The position numbers were made by a program, and so were the translations under genes. A DNA stretch of 64,000 nucleotides from Geosiphon pyriformis uo1 (taxonomy: Eukaryota; Fungi; Glomeromycota), in assembly GCA_016748015.1 (NCBI GenBank), contig JAAOMT010000258.1, forward strand, positions 312,173 through 376,172, written 5' to 3'. The notes below the pieces were generated by a model. It saw only the letters and a list, made by a program, of their open reading frames with translations, was not told the DNA's origin and made no database searches. Every line of letters begins with the position of its first letter. Within the stretch, counting starts at the first letter, position 1. Of the stretch, positions 1-12,577 are shown piece by piece.

Positions 1-1085
1 AGTTAATAGCTAAAATTTTATTGGTAACAATAATATTATGCTATAGAAAACTCATATTTAAATATATGTATTAAGTTAACTACCAAAAACTCTTTTATTT
101 GTGAATTTAAGCAATAACAAAAATGTTTTAATGCTTTTGTTACTTAAATTTAATAGCTCTAAACAATTTTTATTGATTAGATTATATGTTTCAAAAAAAC
201 AAAGTTTTAATTTAGCAAAGTTGTTTATATTAAATATTAAGTTGTCTATTATACTTGATAAAATTAATAATGATAAATTAATTACAGTAAAAAATATTTT
301 CTATTGTGTTGATGGTTTTGAGAAAATATCTACTTTCTTAAAATTTTTAAGGATATTAGATCATTTTTTACATTAAAATTGAGCTTAAATAAAGCAAAAA
401 AATTGGTAATCTGTAAGAAAATTATGATAAATAATAATATAAAAAAACAAATAATCATACAAATTAAAAAATAATTGTTAAGAAAATTTCAGTAAATCTT
501 TTTAAATTAGCTGTAAAGTCAGTGTTTTCTAAATTTGACAAGATTGTGTCTATTAAAATACAATTTATTAGTTTTTGGCAAAAGACATTAGTGAAGTTTG
601 AATTATTAGATATTGTTAGTTTGGTTGTTTCTAATTAGTTAGTTTTCATGAGAAAAAATTGGCTTTGGTGGTTAATAATAAACAGTTGTAAATATTCAAA
701 AATTTTTATTGAGATTTGTTATATACTTTGCCAGTTGGTATTACTGTTCATAATCTTTTTGAAGTATTAGCATTATATAATAAAAAGACTTGTTTTATTG
801 GTTATAATCTAAACATATATGGATATAACAGGTATGCTGTTGTTTGTTTTGCTGATAAAGCTTTTAAAAAGACTGTTGTTAATTCTACTCTGGTTTTTAA
901 GAATGTGAATTTGTGCTGGACTGGTCTTTTTTAATCTGTTGTGCTTAATACAAACAATTTAATTATGTTTTTAGTGTGTGTTTAGTGAATAAAAATTCAG
1001 ATAATTGTTGTAAACAAGTGATCAATTTTTAAGATTAAATTTGGTTGAAAAATATATATAAAAAAAAACAAATACCAATTGTTTA
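1..1085 (+). mobile_element. Degenerate non-LTR retrotransposon ORF1 (gag/RRM-like) remnant
   Basis: Broken frames such as LYTLPVGITVHNLFEVLALYNKKTCFIGYN...RYAVVCFADK...VFKNVNLCWTGL, followed by a decayed Cys/His knuckle. They resemble ORF1 of Glomeromycotina LINE-like elements (recalled family resemblance), contain many stops, and lie upstream of and on the same strand as the RT remnant. Confidence 0.65.
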
Positions 1086-1157
1086 CTGTTATTTATAGAA
1101 ATTAAAAATTATAATAAGTAGATAAAATAGTCAATCAGAAATAGGCATAGTAAAAAG

Positions 1158-1300
1158 AAGAATTTCAGAATTTTTTTTAAAAAATTACAAGATTTCAGAA
1201 TTCTAGAATTCCAGAATTTTTTTTAAGGAATTACAAGATTCCAAAATTCCAGAATTCTAGAATTTTTTTCAAAGAAATTGAAAAATTTTAAGGAATCTTA
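1158..1300. repeat. Degenerate tandem repeat built from GAATTYYA / CAAGATTYCA units
   Basis: gaatttcagaattttttttaaaaaattacaagatttcagaattctagaattccagaatttt... recurs 2-3 times, inside a ~600-bp segment separating the LINE ORF1 and ORF2 remnants. Confidence 0.6.
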
Positions 1301-1679
1301 TATAATAAGAGTATTAAAAGCAAAAAAAAGATTTAATAAAGTTCAAATTAGTTCAAATAATATTACTTTTTTTTCTAAAAAATAGTTTTTTATAACTTAA
1401 AATGGAATTATTTCTATATTAATAAAATTATTTATTAATATTCAATCCATGTTATTATTACTTAATTAAAAAAATATTAATTATTTCCATACTATTTACA
1501 CTTTATGTTGATAAAATCTAATATTTAACTATACTGAACCAATAATTTTTGATCATAACTATTAATAGAATACTAATTTTTTATTTTTTTTTTATTTTTT
1601 TTTATTTTTTTTTGTTTCATTTATTTGTTGTTTACTAATTAATTAAAAAAATTAAGCACTAAATATTTAATATTAAAAA

Positions 1680-4500
1680 TAGTCTGGTAAAAAACCCAGA
1701 AACAATGATAAAAATTTAAAGATAAATTATTAAAAGGGCACAACTGTCAAAATAAACCAGCCACTATGCTAAAAAAAATTCACAGAAAAAACCATCAATT
1801 GAATCTCTGTTTATTATACAAAAAACTTAACCAAGATCTTTAAACTTTAAAATTTTCAAAAATCACTACTATTAACAGCTATTGAACATTAAGTTATGAG
1901 TTTGTTATTTGTTTTAATACTTTAAATAATCACCTGTAATAGTAGTTATCATATTGATATTAAGTTTGTAACCAAAACTAGCAGAATTAAAAACCAAAGT
2001 GAATTGACTTTATATCTAATGGCTAGTATTTTTATTGATAATACAATTTGAGTAAAAAGTAATTAGGCTGCTACTCAATATATTTTAAATATTACAAATA
2101 AGTTTTTCATTATTATTAATATTTTAATCAACAATAAAAAAACAGTAGCCATTTTTATTAACTAAAAAGTTAAAAATGCTTCACTATTAATAAGTGCCCT
2201 ATTAATATCTATAGCACAAAGTAAAAAATCTTATAAATATCTTGGTATTTTTTTGTCTTTTAAAAGTTTATTTAAACTTAGTTTGAAAAAAGCTTATTTG
2301 AATGTTAAGTTTTTGTCAACATAATCTTAAAAAAGACTATTTTAGATAAACAGTATTTTTATCTAATTTTGGCTGTGTTTCAACTTATTATTGATTATAA
2401 AATCTAGTTTAGTTTTGTTTTTAGAAGTTTGTACAACAAGTAAGATACACTAATTAGAAAGAGTTTAAAAATAAAAACTGGCTTACCAAAAAAATTTTCC
2501 AATAGAATTTTTTATTATTTATCTTTATATGGTTTTAAATTATTTAAGCAAATACAAACAGAAAGTAAATCAGCTTCTGTGTTGAATTTTTCAAATGCTA
2601 ATAAAGTTCTTAATCATTTATTTGATTATAAGTTTTTAGATTTGCAAATTTTGAGCTAGTTTTCTATTTATTTTTTGAAAAATTCTGTAAAGTTAAAAAT
2701 CAATTCAATTAACAATTTTTTGGCTAGTATGATAAAAAATTTTTTGGATTATAATGTTTTTTTTACTAATATTTTGTTCTTCACATTTCGGTTTTTTAAT
2801 AGTATTTTTATGTTTTTTGTCTTAGAAAATATGATGTTTTATAATGTTTTTTGCTTATCTAAAAAATTTAGTATTGTTTTTTTTGAACAATTATATGATA
2901 AAAAAGATTAGTTTTTGATTAAAAAAGTTTTTATTATTGAAAAAAGCTTAATTTTAGAGACCTAATTTCTGTTTAGTTCAAGTTAACATATAATTACTTA
3001 ATTAATTCTGCTTCTTATTTTGTTGCTTAACCAATTATCAGTGAATTCCAGTTTTTGAATATTTTTAATATTAGTAATTTTTCCACAATAAGACAATATT
3101 TTTCTAGTGCTATTTGAATATTATCAATGTTTATATAAATAGATCATTAAAAAACTTGAATATACATAAGATAAAATATAGAACAACTGTATTTTTTGTT
3201 AATTTGAATTTAAGTATTAGTGTTTTCTACAATAATAGAATTACAGATAATTGCTTTGATCTTGAAATATGTTTTGGTTTTTAATAGTGTTATGATATAT
3301 TCAAATAGTTAAGCTGCTTTAAATACATATATTGCAGAATTAAATATAGCTTTACTTAACTTTTATAATTGTTATTGGCTTAAAAGATATAGTGTTGTAA
3401 ATTTTATAAAATATAAAATGTTTGTTGTTTCTTAGCCTAAGATTAAAGACTATTTAAGTGTTTTAGATAATAAGTATGCTAATATATTAAGTAATTTAGT
3501 TTTATGTTCAAATTTGTTACTTTTTGTTTTTGTCAAGGAGTAATATATTAAAACTAATAGAGTAATAGTATTTAAAAATGTTCAGCATTTTATTTGTAAT
3601 GTGTTTAAGACTGTTCATTATGCTTATTAAAAAATTGAGTTTGATTTTAGTGTAATATGTAAAAATATTATTAAAAATGTAAATTGAGTTTGAACTTTTT
3701 TGGTTTGGCATTCTGATTTGTATATAACATCTGGCTTTATAAGTAAATTTATTGCTAATTTGTATTCATATTTTATAAAAGCATTGTATTATCATTTACC
3801 AGTTGCTGTTTGAAAATATTTATATAATAAAAAGTATCATAGTATATTATATTTATAATGTAAGAAGATTGAGCTTCTTAATCATTTTTTTACATACATA
3901 ATAAACTCTGGTGTTTACAAAAAATTACTTAATTCACATTTGGCCTAGTAAAGTTTTGTGTCAGATTTGAATTTGTTATTATTTTGTATTTTACAATTGT
4001 TTTCTTGTATGCTTTTAACAATATTATATATACTGTATTATACAAAAATTTTGTATTTAAAGAATAGTATTTGAAGACTATCTCTGTTTTTAACTGTACT
4101 AAAACTATTAACAAAAAAATTATTAAGTTGGTGTGAGATTTGGGAATAACTTATTGGATTAATGTATAATTGGTAAAAACTAAGTATAAAATATTAATAA
4201 AGAAAAAAAATTTAATTGTACATAATAGGTCTGTGTTTTCTAAAATCTGTAGTGTTGTGTTTTTGCTTTTTGATGATATTGTTAGATTGCTTGGGATTAT
4301 GGAGGCATATGGTATTAGTTTTGGTTTTTATAAGCTTTATAGATTTTTTTCTGGTATTAATTGTGTGGTTTCTGTTAAAATAAATTCATAATGTTGCTTT
4401 AATTGGTCTAAATAGCTGGTTACATATAAAAAATACATGATTTACATCTAGTTTAGATTACTTAATTTGATATATTGTGCTAGGTGACATTTGGGCTTTA
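1680..4500 (+). mobile_element. Degenerate LINE ORF2 remnant: reverse transcriptase - RNase H - Zn knuckle - 3' UTR
   Basis: ~2017-2160 reads LMASIFIDNTI*VKSN*AATQYILNITNKFF..NILINNKKTVAIFIN (RT catalytic F/YxDD decayed to FIDN). ~2235 YKYLGIFL (RT primer grip). RNase H motifs: ~3127 NVYINRSL (VYTDGS), ~3226 STIIELQIIAL (AEL), ~3301 SNS*AAL (DSQ), ~3440 KIKDYLSVLDNKYAN (KVKGHSG..GNE.AD). Decayed CxxC..H near 3850-3895. Confidence 0.8.
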
Positions 4501-6360
4501 CTTGTTAAATAATAATAAACAAAAAAAAATTTATATTTAAAATATTAAACATAAAATTATGTTATAACTATTACAAAACTAGAATTATTATGTTAATATA
4601 AATTAAATATTTATAAATACTTAAATGATATTAAATTTGATTTATGCAATATATATTAAATTAATTATATAAATAAAAACTTAAATCTAAATTAAGTAAT
4701 AAAAAAACAAATTTATTAAATTTAATAAACAATTATAAATATATAATTAACATTAAAATACTTAATTAATAAACAAATTATTATATTTAAATTTATATAA
4801 TATAATATAATATAATGTAAAATATTAAGTAAAAAGTTAATTAATTTAATAAGTATTTAAACATAAAAATTACAAACAGTAAATTAAATAATTGTAATAA
4901 TAATAATATAATATTTTAATTTGTATTTAAAAATTAGAACAATAAATAGAAAACAACAAATTTATGTACATAAATAATGTTTAATTTACATAATATGCTG
5001 TTAGTTATTAAAAAAAATCAGATTGTTCAATCAAAATTAATCCAATATTCCATGTATTTGTATATATTACTAAATACAAATTAAAAACTAATATAGCAAT
5101 TAAATATTGGAAAATTTGGCATTAATATTTTAAGAATGAATTGTTGGTTTTTTAATGTTTATGAAATCTGATACTTCAATATAAAGATTTTAATGTAACA
5201 AATAATATTCCAAAATTTCCAGGAGTTTAAAGATAGTAAATCGGTTAACTTGAAAATTGTAAATTGGTCCAAACTTTTTGATTGTGTATTGTGAACAAAT
5301 AAATGTCATCAATCAAAGGTAAGAACAAAATACAAAGAAATAAGTTAATTTGATAATGTAAAAGCGATAGAAAAATGTGGTGTTGTATTAGGCCACTTAG
5401 GGCATACATAATGTCAAATGTTTAGCCATGGTCAGTTTCTAGTTTAGGCTTTGTATTTGCCGGATAGTGTAGTTTTGATTAGCTCGAATGGCTAGTCACA
5501 TGTAGATAGCAGTTGGACTACACTCAATAAGTTTATAAATATTTATATAATAATAATAGCTTTGCTATTTTGAAAAATTAATTGCTTTAAAGCGTTATGC
5601 TTTTTAATATTTTAATAACAAAGTATAAAAAAAGGTTTTATGTTTTTCTATTTTCCAAATTTGATATAAGTCTTATTTTTTATGTAAAAATAAATTTTTA
5701 TATTAAAAGTTGTTTGCTCGACCAATATTTTCTCTCTTGTTTACAAACATTCAATTTAATAATATTTTGATTGTTGAAAAAAGTAATTACCTCCAAGATA
5801 TGTATTCTAGTTTCATGTTCTCCCGCAATAACAAAATTGGGAACCTTTTTAATTTCAAAAAGGGTAACAAAATATCAAGACATAAATTTATTATAGTATC
5901 ATACAAAAACTAAAACTCATTTACTCAATATTTAGATAAGAAAAACAATCACCAAGATAAATTAAGTATTTCCTTAATCGGCTGTGTAATTTTATATATG
6001 ACTATGATTATTTCTTTATGTAATACTCGGTGGAGGAATACTGAATCAGGGTTGGCACAAGAATTTGCCAAGCCTTTCCTTTGGTTATCATTCCTAATAG
6101 TCATCCTCTCCATTGTGGGCATTGGCTATAAATCAATAAAAAGACTAAACTTGGTTTCAATGTGAAAAACTGTATGATTTTATCCGAAAATAGAATATAG
6201 TGTGTGTAGTTTCACACATTATTTCGGGCTTGTCAAATTTTCCTCTGTTCTATAAATCAAATCTATCTGCTGTTCATTTTTCTTCACTTATCCTCCACGA
6301 TCTTTTATTTAAAGTTTTTCTTTTGAGCACGTTGTAGATATCCAAATTTCCAAATAAAAT

Positions 6361-8142
6361 ATGTCACACGGTGGTTCAGGTTTGTCTCTTTCATAATAGA
6401 GAATTATAAGGGTTGGTGTACACCTAGTGGTAATCGTTAAAGGATGGTAGACCAACTAGCAGTCTGGAGAGAGTTGCCAAGTACCTAATTGTCGGAACTC
6501 TTATGTTTAAGCGTGAGCCACTTAAAAGTTGTTATCAACTCAAACTATTAGACATTAAAAACTTTTATCGTCAGGAACTGACGCTGTTCCGTTTGCCTCT
6601 TTTTAATACGACATAATCTGACATTGGCGTTTTTTGATTTATAGTTCAATATTGCAAAATATAATTAAGAAACAAGCTCGATCGATTTTATCCTATTTAT
6701 GGCTCATACATATTCGGGATTTTCTTTTTTTATTAAAATTATTTTCTTTTTCAGACCCCAAGCCGCAATCTAGGCCAAGGAATGAGAATACATATCATGA
6801 AAGATCGCCAAATTCTCGTAACAGACAATCAAGGGCGCTTGAACATTTTCCTTCAAATTCTAAGGATAGATCTTCAAAAGTTGTAGCTCATGACCAATAT
6901 CGAAGTCGCGACGGGATTCCTTCATACTACAATGATAGCCAACGTTCATCATCTTCTTATCAACAACTTCCTGAACGTGGGTATTACCCACCAAATACAG
7001 ACTATTATAGTGATCCACCAACACCTGGCACAGTGCGTGGTAGTACTCTTCCGCTGGCTGCTTACCCACCACAAGAACAATACAATGATCAAAGTTATGC
7101 GAATCAATATAATAGGGGTCGGCCAAGTTCAAGTGAACAATATGGTCGAAGAGGTAGTGGGCATGATTATAACAATAATACCCAATATACAAGTCGTAAA
7201 TCTAGTTATCCAGCCCCATTTGATATATATGGAGATTTTAACAATTTTCGACGTGAACCTGACGATCTTGATGAACGTCAGCCAACTTCAAAATTGAATT
7301 CACCTACTTTACCGCCTGATACTGTGTCAGACGATGGGAATAATTATCCAATGAATCTTTATAACACTAGTAACACTCTAGTAGACGATTCTGCCGAAAG
7401 TCTTTCTACTAAGCCTATCAACGATCAATATAATCCAGAATCACTTGAAAAAAGCAAGCGACGGAAAAGACGCTGCTGTTGTTGTTGTTCAAGAAGATTA
7501 TGTGTCATTTTAACCTTCGTCATTCTCATTATCCTTGGTGTAACCATATTTTTTGTATGGCCCCGTAAGCCTACTGCGAAGATTTTGGATGCTACTCCCA
7601 ATAACAAAATTACTCCTGTTATTAAGCTACAGCCGGCTATTATAAAGATGGGTTTTAATCTTCGGGTGCAGATACAAAATACCGAGAATTGGGTCCCCAT
7701 AAGATTCAATAAAATTGATGTCAAGGTTGGTTCATACTAGGAAGTCTCACTTTCTAGCTTTTTATTAATTTCAATTAATAACAATCATTTGGCCTATATT
7801 TATCAGGTGTATGATTCAAACACACTTTCAACATTCACTGGTCCTATTGCTACTGGTAATATAACAGACTATTCGTTACCACCACGAACCACCACCATCG
7901 TAGTCTTCCCTCTTACTGTCGATTATATTGGCATAGCTACAGGTGATCCAACAATACAAGACTTTGTCAAGGCTTGTATTCCACAAAAGGGCGGAGGCAA
8001 GGCGAACACATTAAATGTACGTGCCGATATTAAGCTCTTCCTTTGGGGAATTAGTTGGATCTATAAACCGACCATCAGTGTGCAAATATCAGATTTGGTG
8101 TGTCCTTATGCGGCCATCGCTAATAGTATACTTACTAGCTGA
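6361..8142 (+). CDS. Type II membrane protein with disordered N-terminus, Cys-rich juxtamembrane motif and C-terminal LEA_2-like beta domain (3 exons: 6361-6379, 6755-7725, 7807-8142)
   Basis: GT-AG junctions join MSHGGS/DPKPQ... and IDVK/VYDSN... in frame. RRKRRCCCCCSRR precedes a TM helix ending FFVWPR.P, followed by a LEA_2/NDR1-HIN1-like pattern (LRVQIQNTENWVPIRFNKIDVKV...LPPRTTTIVVFPLTVDY). Confidence 0.8.
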
Positions 8143-8702
8143 GTGTGAGGGATATGAAATATATAAGGAAATCCACAGACTTTATTGTTGGTTAGAAGTG
8201 AGGTTGCTTGTAGTTGTTACTTTTCCATATTATCGCCTTCTATTCTAAACATTTTTCACTCTCAAGAAGTGTACATGCACGGAAAGTCAACAAAATTTAT
8301 TATTCTTTCGATCAAAATCATAATCTTGTAATTATCTTTGAAAAAACCATTTTCATGATTCAACAATTGGGACTTTATTTTCATCAAAGACTATCATTTT
8401 CTAAACATATCGCATAGAAATCGACTATTTTAGTCAATGAATTCTTTCTATATATTTAAATATTTGTTAAGAAACTACATATCTGCTAAAGGAAATTTGA
8501 TATCAGCTTTCGGTAGAATGAATGGGTTCTTTGATCAAAACGGTATCACTCAACATATGCCACTTCTTATCTCATATCTATTCATCATTCTACGTCACAG
8601 ATGAGGCTAAAGGTTTTTAAAGTCAGTTCATGTGACTTTAAAAAATAAACGCCCAGCAATTTTTTTCTCACTTCTAAATTTATCAATTATTGTGTTTCTG
8701 CC

Positions 8703-9321
8703 ATGGTGAGCACTATTTAAAATTTCGGTTATAAAAGAGAGAAAAAGATCTTTTAATGTATTTTTGTAACTATGTATTGGCTTGATAATTTGAGCGATTC
8801 TCTTGGGTTGAGAAAGAGTTCATATTATGAGTACCAAATAAAATGGACAAATGGAGGTTAGGTGTTATGAGCTAAGATAAGCAAGCAAAGAAAGACTTAT
8901 AAAATTCAGGCAAAAATCTATAGATGGAGTCTTTATTCTTTGTTTTACGCTATCTTTGTTCATAAATTTGCCATCCCTTAAGACTTGAATATCTTAGAAT
9001 TATAGTGAGCTTTCATTTCTGATTTCTACGCTGCTATATCAAAAAATTTATTTCTCACAACTCTCAAAAATATAGCCTTCCCATAAAACATTCCGAATTA
9101 AACGTGTACTCGGGAAAAAGCAAAGACAGAACCGACCGATTCCGCAATGGATTCGCCTGCGCACTGGTAATACGATCAGGTAATCTTCTGGCTATTATGG
9201 TTAACTTTTTACAACTCTCATCAATTGTAAATACACCACTAATTACAATTTTCTTTGCACTTTAATTTATAGATATAACGCTAAACGCCGTCATTGGCGC
9301 CGCACTAAGCTTAACATCTAA
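8703..9321 (+). CDS. RPL39: 60S ribosomal protein L39 (eL39); exons 8703-8705, 9076-9179, 9273-9321
   Basis: Spliced translation [51 protein letters not shown] is a typical eL39. ATG-only first exon (ATG|gtgag). Not in the ORF track. Confidence 0.97.
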
Positions 9322-11977
9322 TAGCACACTCCTCTCATTGGAAATATGCGCGATGATTGATTTGGTGTTTGCCTTGCTATTCTGAAAAGGTCTCTATTGT
9401 TCCAGTGACTTATGAATCTACGATTGCAAGATCATTTCGGTGCAAAAGTAATAATAATTTCTCAACAATTAGTTTCTCATATTTTATTGCTGGTAGAATG
9501 CTATAGCACTGTTGAAAGATAAGGTGGAATAGAATCTGACTTGAATTAAAATCATTCATCGCTTTTTCTAGAATGAATTTCTTCTCTTCCGATCTATGTA
9601 TTCTGCCACCCATCTTCACGTTAATAAAAAACTTGACAATTTGACAGAAAGGCAATATTTTCCCATTGGGTTACCACTAAAGTCTTTACTTTATAAAGGC
9701 CAAATAATTTTTTATTTACTACTTTTTACGACAAATTAACAACATTTCCTCAATTTTCCTAATATGATGAGTTGCATTTTTGTAATACAGCAACGTAGAT
9801 TTCAGATCTGATTGTTGGTAACTAATTTCTTAATCACGAGAAACCAGGAGGATTTTACAAAATCCTAAAAATGCTTATACCTTATCCGATGTTCACTCAT
9901 TAGATAAATTAGGTATTGGGTAATATGGTCGACCTCCCCCAATCTGGACAAAAACTCAATGTCAAATTTTTAAATAGAAAGATGGGAATTATAATAGTAA
10001 TCAACAGGAAGATACGAATGAACATGAGGAGTTGCCGGCAGTAAAATTTCTCATTGAAATATGGCCAATTGCAAGATCCCAATATACTAATAAGGCAAGA
10101 GGCCAAAATCAAGTCCAAGCATATCTTTCTCGTTAACCAATTGAATACATCCTTCCGAAAAGATGAATCCTTTCTCCTCGACAAATCTCAATAATGATGA
10201 TTAAATTTCGAGAATGGGTTTCCTAAATTTATCGATTCTAGCCGATAATCTACTATCTTGCCCGACCTATCGGACGATCACCCGAGTTAATTTTGTTATA
10301 CGACGATGAAAGGTATCTTTAAAAGCATAAAATAAGGAAGGATCTAAATGTTCGTAGTATTTAAATTTACAAAAGAATTTCCAAACTGGACACAGTTTCT
10401 CTTAATTTCATATTCAATAGAGTCTATTGTTCTATTTGATGAAATGAAATTGATTTTTAAAAAATTCTGGTATTTACCAACTTACGAGATTGACAATTCG
10501 TCTTAAATATACAATTTTTACCTATTTAATAATATTTAATTTTTTGGACATATAAATAATATTGAGAAATATAAATACTATTAAATTAATATTACAAAAT
10601 TATTATCATGTTTAAAAAATACATAAGAAACTGAATTTCATTTTTAAAATATTAATTTTGGAAGTTTTTTTAATAATTATTTTCCCAACGGATAAAATAA
10701 TATACTGAAAATTTGATAGTCATATGAGCCTATGCAACTCCTTAAACCCCTTGAAAACTATTTAAGATAGTGTGTTTTTTTAGTGACATTAAAGTTCACC
10801 TCAACGTTCACGATGGTAAAAAAACTTTAATTCTTTGGGTTGCTATATTCACTCATACTTACCCTAAAAAATTTTTAGTATAGTTATTCGTTTGATGTAA
10901 TTGTGACGATTTCCAAAGGTATGAATTGTTTGTCTTAATTTACTCATTTTCATTTATCGTGGAAATTAAGTTTAATCTTTGAATTTTTGCCGCTGTTGAC
11001 TAATTTTCGTTTAGCTAAAAAATCAAAATATCTCGTTTTACTGCAAAGAATATTTCGAGAAATTTTTTTTTTTAGCTAAAATCGAGGTTCATTATTAATC
11101 ACATATCAACCTTTAAAAATGGTTATTCGAATCTTTTATGCTTACTATTCTAAGAGATATTTTAAAAACCAATGCACTCAAAAAAGCCATTCATCGTACA
11201 AATATTTAGGAATAAAGCCTAACAAAAACTATTAAAAAGGGTTTCAAATCAAACTTCAAACTAAATTACTATACATCTTGTCATCCTAAAGGTGGTAAGC
11301 CTTTTACCTACTTATTTTATTTTTGTCGTTAAAATAATATATGATGTAATGCCGAGCAATAAATTATACATTGCACATTTTTTTTACCACACAAATCGTC
11401 ACACAATTTAGGCAATGTATCACCCAATATTGATAAAATATGTGTTGTGGCATAAACGTGCTTAATGTTCAAATATGGTCAGGTGTATAATTAAAACGTC
11501 TAGATTACACTTGTATTAATTGGGAACTCTTGGTTAAGTATGACTGTATACTTTTTAAACCCCTCAAATAAAGCCTCGGCTAGACGGTAGTGCAGCTAAA
11601 AAAAGGATGATAATTATGGTAAACAGAATGATCCTTTTCATGAAAACGACCCTCAAATATTGGAAGGTTGATAGACTTTGTCCTGTTTTAGTTTGAAAAT
11701 ATGAACTTCTTTTATCTTTCTTTTTCATAACTCTCATTTGGATTAATTAAATATCCAGTTCATATATTGAAAAGTATATTATAGCAGTGTCAAATTTATA
11801 AAAAGGAGGTTTGGAAAACCTATTATAATCACTGCGGAAAAATAATATTTTTACTTTTTTTAAAAAAAAAACTGAAACACCGAAAAATCTTCAAATTGTC
11901 ATTTTTCACAAATCATCACTATACTTTATCAGAAACCTCACAATTTAACATAAGTCTCTTAATTAAACATCTTCCAA

Positions 11978-12577
11978 ATGTCCTCACGTAACTCAACTCC
12001 AACAAAATTGGTAGCTGTCCCCTCCACAATTTCCTCACGTAATTCAAATTCAACATCATTCATAGCTGAGCCCTCCGCGAAATCCCTCAATAATTCAACT
12101 TTAACAACGTCCATAGCTGAGCCCTCTGAAACCTCAGACCCATTACTATCTTCTGATCCAAGCCCTACTGTAACTTATATACCACCCTCAGGAACTCCAA
12201 CCGTATTATTAGATACACCAACGGATGTCGATAACACGAAATTAGAGATTATTATGTACACGGTATTAGGAGTGCTGGTCGTTGGTCTTATCTTGTTTGG
12301 ATGTGGTGCTTGTAGACGAAGGATAAGTATGAAGGCCTCGGCAAAAACGGAGAAAAGTTCATCGGAAAGTGGAAATTTGAACAACAATTCTAATGAACGT
12401 TTTAATAACAAGTCGAATAATCACTTTAATAACCATTCAAATCATCATTTTAATAATAATTGGAATAACCAAAATGATAAATATTCGAATCAACATTTTA
12501 ATAACAATTGGAATAATCAAATTAATAACAATTCGAATCATTATCCATATCCGGCAACAGCTCGAGGCTATTATTAA
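11978..12577 (+). CDS. Single-pass membrane protein: S/T/P-rich repeat ectodomain, TM helix, Asn/His-rich repeat tail
   Basis: Intronless 199-aa ORF with a TATA-like TATAAAAA at ~11798. TM IIMYTVLGVLVVGLILFG is followed by CGACRRR. Confidence 0.75.
   Translation: MSSRNSTPTKLVAVPSTISSRNSNSTSFIAEPSAKSLNNSTLTTSIAEPSETSDPLLSSDPSPTVTYIPPSGTPTVLLDTPTDVDNTKLEIIMYTVLGVLVVGLILFGCGACRRRISMKASAKTEKSSSESGNLNNNSNERFNNKSNNHFNNHSNHHFNNNWNNQNDKYSNQHFNNNWNNQINNNSNHYPYPATARGYY

Noticed and set aside
2675-4391. Short ORFs 2675-2911, 3517-3711, 3929-4114 and 4170-4391 as independent genes
   Set aside because: They are fragments or antisense shadows of the decayed LINE ORF2.
9764-9811. C/D-box snoRNA (ATGATGA...CTGA)
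   Set aside because: Only 48 nt from box C to box D, with no convincing C'/D' boxes or verifiable rRNA complement; likely chance in AT-rich DNA.
9410-10330. ORFs 9410-9655 and 9909-10184 as genes
   Set aside because: No recognisable motifs or splice-supported structure; at most an unidentifiable remnant.
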